Assembly: GCA_031267725.1 (NCBI GenBank) | Contig: JAIRYO010000039.1 | Span: 1 to 46,042 of the forward strand | DNA from: Holosporales bacterium | GTDB lineage: Bacteria; Pseudomonadota; Alphaproteobacteria; RUG11792 | Reading direction: 5' to 3' | DNA length: 46,042 nucleotides | Part shown: piece after piece, positions 42,403-46,042 of the stretch | Layout: every line of letters begins with the position of its first letter | Numbering within the stretch: the stretch's first letter is position 1 | Notes under the pieces: generated by a model | Told to the model about the DNA's origin: nothing | The model's database searches: none | What the model saw: the letters and a program-made list of their open reading frames with translations, nothing else | Made by a program: the position numbers and the translations under genes

Positions 42403-43619
42403 AAATCTGGCACCCATTTACTCAAGAAAAAACCGCCTCTCTCCCGGTTAAAATTGTCAAAGGAAAAGGGGCATACTTGTTTGATTCCAATGAAAAAAAA
42501 TATATAGATATGGTTTCTAGTTGGTGGGTCAATATACTCGGCCACTCCAATAAAGAAATAGCAGAGGCAATATATAAGCAAGCAAAAACGCTAGAGCATG
42601 TTATGTTCGCTGGTTTTTCCCATGAGCCTGGAGAAAGATTATGTCAGAAATTATATGAATATTTACCTTCATCGCTAGAATATTTTTTCTTTTCTGATGA
42701 CGGCTCAACCGCTGTTGAAGTTGCGCTCAAGATGGCATATCAGTATTTTAAAAACTTAGGAAAAAACGATCGAAATATGTATATAAACTTAGAAGGAGGC
42801 TATCATGGAGACACTATGGGGGCAATGGGAGCCGCCGGAAACAATTCAAAATATCACTCAATTTTTGCTGAATTTTTTTTTAAGACATTTTCAATTGATT
42901 TTCCAAACTCCGAAAAAGATGAGATTGTCTCTTTGGAGAAATTAAAAAAATTTCTTAAAAATTTTGGAGAAAACGTTTGCGCAATAATCGTTGAACCTCT
43001 CGTTCAGGGAGCTGCTGGTATGAGAACATATCGCTCCGAGTTTCTTGATCTGATTACTAAAGAAGTTAGGAAATACGGAATTTTGGTCATATTTGATGAA
43101 GTCATGACGGGATTTTATAGAACTGGCTCGATGTTCGCTGTGGATAAATGCGTTGAAAAACCGGATATTATATGTTTATCAAAAGGAATAACTGGAGGGT
43201 TTTTGCCAATAGCGTTAACAATTACTACAGAAAAAATTTATGAATCTTTTCTTTCAAATAGTTGGGAAAAAAGCTTTAAACACGGGCATTCATATACGGC
43301 AAATCCTATAGGATGTGCAGCGGCATGTAAAGCTATTGAAATTTTAGAAAGACGCAAAACGCAACAAAATATAAAAGAGATTTGCGATAGTCATAACGAG
43401 TTTCTTAAAAGGTTGAGTAATGTCTCTAACAAAAGATCCTTGGGGACGATAGTGGCCTTCGATGTTGAAACTTCCCAGATTGCAGAAAAAATTAAAGTGA
43501 GTATGTTTAAAAAGGGGATTATTATTAGGCCAATTGGCGCAAGTGTTTATTTAATTCCACCATACTGTATATCCAAAACTGATTTGGAATACGTTTATCA
43601 AGAAATGGTTTTGCATTAA
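42399..43619 (+). CDS. bioA: Adenosylmethionine-8-amino-7-oxononanoate aminotransferase
   Basis: Class III aminotransferase: WWVNILGH, DEVMTGFYRTGSMFA and the PLP-lysine context LSKGITGGFLP. Confidence 0.95.
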   Translation: MKIWHPFTQEKTASLPVKIVKGKGAYLFDSNEKKYIDMVSSWWVNILGHSNKEIAEAIYKQAKTLEHVMFAGFSHEPGERLCQKLYEYLPSSLEYFFFSDDGSTAVEVALKMAYQYFKNLGKNDRNMYINLEGGYHGDTMGAMGAAGNNSKYHSIFAEFFFKTFSIDFPNSEKDEIVSLEKLKKFLKNFGENVCAIIVEPLVQGAAGMRTYRSEFLDLITKEVRKYGILVIFDEVMTGFYRTGSMFAVDKCVEKPDIICLSKGITGGFLPIALTITTEKIYESFLSNSWEKSFKHGHSYTANPIGCAAACKAIEILERRKTQQNIKEICDSHNEFLKRLSNVSNKRSLGTIVAFDVETSQIAEKIKVSMFKKGIIIRPIGASVYLIPPYCISKTDLEYVYQEMVLH

Positions 43620-43627
43620 GATATTTA

Positions 43628-44329
43628 CTACACATTCTTTGAGTTAAAAACTGAAAGACATGCGATTGCAGCAGTTTCAGATCTCAGAATGTTTCTACAA
43701 AGAGAAACAGGAGTTGTCTTTTTCATTAAAAAATTCTTCTCAAAATCCGAGAAACCTCCTTCAGGACCGATAATAAAGCCACTGTTTTTACAGTTAAGAT
43801 CGACGCTCATCAATGATTTCATACCCTCCTGCCGCTCAATAGCTGAGATCCAATTAAATTCACAGGGTAGATTCATTATAAATGTTTCAAAATCAATTTC
43901 TTCATATATGCTTGGGATATCGATTCTTTCAGATTGCTCTGTTGCGAGTATTGCAATCGATTCTAATTTCTCAATAAGGATATGAAAATTGGTATACTGA
44001 CTCGTTATAGGATAAAAATCGGTAACGCCTAACTCTGTTCCTTTTTCTATTATGAATTTCATGTTATTATGTTTTATCGGTGAAAACGCCAAGGCTAAAC
44101 GAATCGTTTCAACATACCCCCTTCGAGATTCCAATTTTTTCGCTTTTACTTTGTTTTTTTTAATACTTTCTATCGAGCAAAGCCACTCTCCTTCATCTTT
44201 GTTGAAAGCAAGAAAATTATCTGACTCTTTTAATCGTAAAACCGAGATAAGGCGATATACTTGAGAAATTGGGATATCGAAAACAACGTTTCTAAAATTT
44301 GAGCAATAGACTCTCGGTATGTGTCTCAT
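43628..44329 (-). CDS. rsmE: 16S rRNA (uracil1498-N3)-methyltransferase RsmE
   Basis: SPOUT/RsmE motifs: HILIEKLES..., IIGPEGGFSDFE and ILRSETAAIACLS. 233 aa. Confidence 0.88.
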   Translation of the reverse strand: MRHIPRVYCSNFRNVVFDIPISQVYRLISVLRLKESDNFLAFNKDEGEWLCSIESIKKNKVKAKKLESRRGYVETIRLALAFSPIKHNNMKFIIEKGTELGVTDFYPITSQYTNFHILIEKLESIAILATEQSERIDIPSIYEEIDFETFIMNLPCEFNWISAIERQEGMKSLMSVDLNCKNSGFIIGPEGGFSDFEKNFLMKKTTPVSLCRNILRSETAAIACLSVFNSKNV

Positions 44330-44335
44330 TCGAGG

Positions 44336-45607
44336 TTAACTCTCTTCTTTAGGCTTTACATCGCTAAGAAAAAAAGTCGCGATTACCGCAAGTAGCATCC
44401 CTATTCCAACGAATAAAAGCGCACTCCGATACATTGCTAAATTATAAACAGCCCCCCCATTAGCATCTACTAATTCATTTCTAAAAAAATCAAGTAGTTT
44501 TCCTAAAAGAGGCTGAAAAATAAGGCCGCTCGACATTATCAATGCATTCATAAACCCGCTTGAAGTGCCTCCAAATTCGCTTGGGGTTAAATGATAGACC
44601 ATCGCAAACGCTAATGTATTCGCTCCAGCGCAAATCCCGCATATGAACAATATTCCCAATGATGTGTAAAAGTTGATAGAGTCACTGTATATAGCAAACA
44701 AAAATGATGCGAGAACTCCGAATGTAAACGAAATTATCGTCTTTTTATAACTGTTTATTTTTTCAGCAACCCACGCCGATATAATTCCTCCCAAGGCAAA
44801 ACCGATGAATATTATAATTGAAGATATAGCAGCTGTTTCAGTTTGTATTTCATATCTTTGTTCCATAAATGGAATTATCCAAAGTTCTGCGAGTGCAGTA
44901 AGCGGCAAATATGTCATGGCTCCATAAAGTCCAAGAATCCAGATTTTTGGATTTTTGGAGATAATCTTTAAGCCAGAAAAAAGCTGGATTTTTACCTGAG
45001 AAGAAATCTTTTTTTTCTCCATGCAGACAACTGCCAATATTGCCAGCATTATCCCAACAAAAGATATGAAGTATGTCGTTACCCTCCATCCAAATTTTGA
45101 AACAAAATATGCGGTAGGAGCACTTCCCGCAATACCTCCTAAACACCCCATTCCCATCGCTACTCCCATGAGCATTGCGTATTTTTTTTTATCAAAAAAA
45201 TCTGCCGCAACTTTTCCGCAACACAAAAAAGCGGGAGCTGATGATAAACCTATAAAAAACCTTCCAGCTTCTAGCTGAAAAAGTGATTCTGCTGATCCAA
45301 ACATGAAGGTTCCAAGGGCGCAAATTATGGAACTAATGGCAATCATGGTCTTCGTTCCAATCTTATCTGTTATGATTCCGCAGGGAATTTGCATCATAAC
45401 ATACGGAAGATAGGACAAAGAAATGACGAAACCAAAAACGGAAGAAGTAAGATTGAACTCTTTGATTAACTGATTCGACAAAACACTTGGTTCGACTCGA
45501 GCTATATAACTATATAGATAAAACAGCCAACAAATCGCTACAGAACAAAAGGTAGCTTTTCTTTTTTCAAAAGTGGACATACCATCCATCTCAAATCGTA
45601 AAACCAA
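44336..45607 (-). CDS. MFS transporter (paralogue of 30279-31526)
   Basis: 423 aa and 12 TM segments, sharing sequence blocks with the 30279-31526 product. The likely start is at MDGMSTFEKRK (45589/45580). Confidence 0.85.
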   Translation of the reverse strand: MVLRFEMDGMSTFEKRKATFCSVAICWLFYLYSYIARVEPSVLSNQLIKEFNLTSSVFGFVISLSYLPYVMMQIPCGIITDKIGTKTMIAISSIICALGTFMFGSAESLFQLEAGRFFIGLSSAPAFLCCGKVAADFFDKKKYAMLMGVAMGMGCLGGIAGSAPTAYFVSKFGWRVTTYFISFVGIMLAILAVVCMEKKKISSQVKIQLFSGLKIISKNPKIWILGLYGAMTYLPLTALAELWIIPFMEQRYEIQTETAAISSIIIFIGFALGGIISAWVAEKINSYKKTIISFTFGVLASFLFAIYSDSINFYTSLGILFICGICAGANTLAFAMVYHLTPSEFGGTSSGFMNALIMSSGLIFQPLLGKLLDFFRNELVDANGGAVYNLAMYRSALLFVGIGMLLAVIATFFLSDVKPKEES

Positions 45608-45761
45608 ATCGTTTGGATTTTATCAATTTTTAATCCTTTTCTCAACAGCATACAAATTTGGGATTGCCCCCCCCTGATTCAGTGAGTCGCATCTCAATAC
45701 TGAATTATAACTCTCAACCAAACATGTTTCTAATTCGTATTCGTATTAAACTTTTCAGGTG

Positions 45762-45836
45762 TGGTGCCGCAGGAGGGAATCGAACCCTCGATCTCTCCCT
45801 TACCAAGGGAGTGCTCTGCCTCTAAGCTACTGCGGC
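45762..45836 (-). tRNA. tRNA-Thr (anticodon GGU), CCA encoded
   Basis: The reverse complement is GCCGCAG-TA-GCTT-AGAGGCA-GAGC-A-CTCCC-TTGGTAA-GGGAG-AGATC-GAGGG-TTCGATT-CCCTC-CTGCGGC-A-CCA. Confidence 0.9.
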
Positions 45837-45925
45837 TCACGCACCGTTCGATAATAACCTATCACTCATGCTAATGTAAATTTATTTTACAAAAAACGTA
45901 CGAGTTCACATGATTGGAGGCATTA

Positions 45926-45965
45926 TCCCACGTGGAACATTAGATGCTCCACGTGAAAAATTGTT
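45926..45965. repeat. Two degenerate copies of the CACGTG palindrome core
   Basis: ATCCCACGTGGAACATTAGATGCTCCACGTGAAAAATTG. Compare the consensus GTTCCACGTGGAACATT. Confidence 0.5.
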
Positions 45966-46042
45966 TTAAGGTTTTCTATTTTCTTTTAACTTTCTGCTGC
46001 TTGACCGGCGTCCGCGAAGCATTCTTAGGAGAAACGCCTCTC

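Noticed and set aside
45976-46042. A possible 3' end of a minus-strand gene running off the right edge. Two frames are open: ...RGVSPKNASRTPVKQQKVKRK* and ...EAFLLRMLRGRRSSSRKLKENRKP*.
   Set aside because: Only about 21 codons are visible and two frames are open, so neither identity nor frame can be established.

Overview
This is a 46-kb window from a visibly AT-rich, gene-scattered genome. It looks like a reduced alphaproteobacterial intracellular symbiont (Rickettsiales/Holosporales-like). The clues are a fused ispDF, an alphaproteobacterial-type L36, an RcGTA-type large terminase, many MFS/DMT/APC transporters and broken-up operons. I cannot name the species. All protein calls rest on motif recognition by eye; no database search was run.

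Content:
- About 35 credible CDS. Housekeeping genes: lon, tatD-family, lolC/E, lptC-lptA-lptB, xerD, lpxA, fabZ, secG, infC, greA, ispDF, rpmJ, pgsA, uvrC, a class A PBP, gatA and rsmE.
- A biotin cluster, bioB <-> bioF-bioC-bioD-bioA.
- Five transporters, an orphan GspF/PilC-like platform protein and an orphan phage/GTA terminase.
- Four or five unrecognisable, probably secreted proteins, two of which carry internal tandem repeats.
- Three tRNAs: Lys-CUU, Glu-CUC and Thr-GGU.
- The 3' end of an IS630-family transposase at the left edge.

The most unusual signal is non-coding. One modular repeat family fills almost every long intergenic spacer, roughly 4.8 kb or about 10% of the window by hand mapping. 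It is assembled into nested inverted repeats. These include a ~700-bp near-perfect palindrome (35632-36333) and a ~600-bp one (23774-24370). The modules are:
- a central ~77-85-bp unit with 16-bp terminal inverted repeats;
- a twice-per-arm unit, CTGAATAGACCGTAAACCATGC...AATGATTTTTGTATTT;
- an internal 14-bp perfect palindrome, GTTCCACGTGGAAC;
- an outer terminal module, GTATACGTTCATATGATTTGAGACAAAAG.

Copy-specific variants are mirrored on both arms of a palindrome. The central unit occurs in both orientations. One central unit lies 2 bp from the IS630 transposase stop codon.
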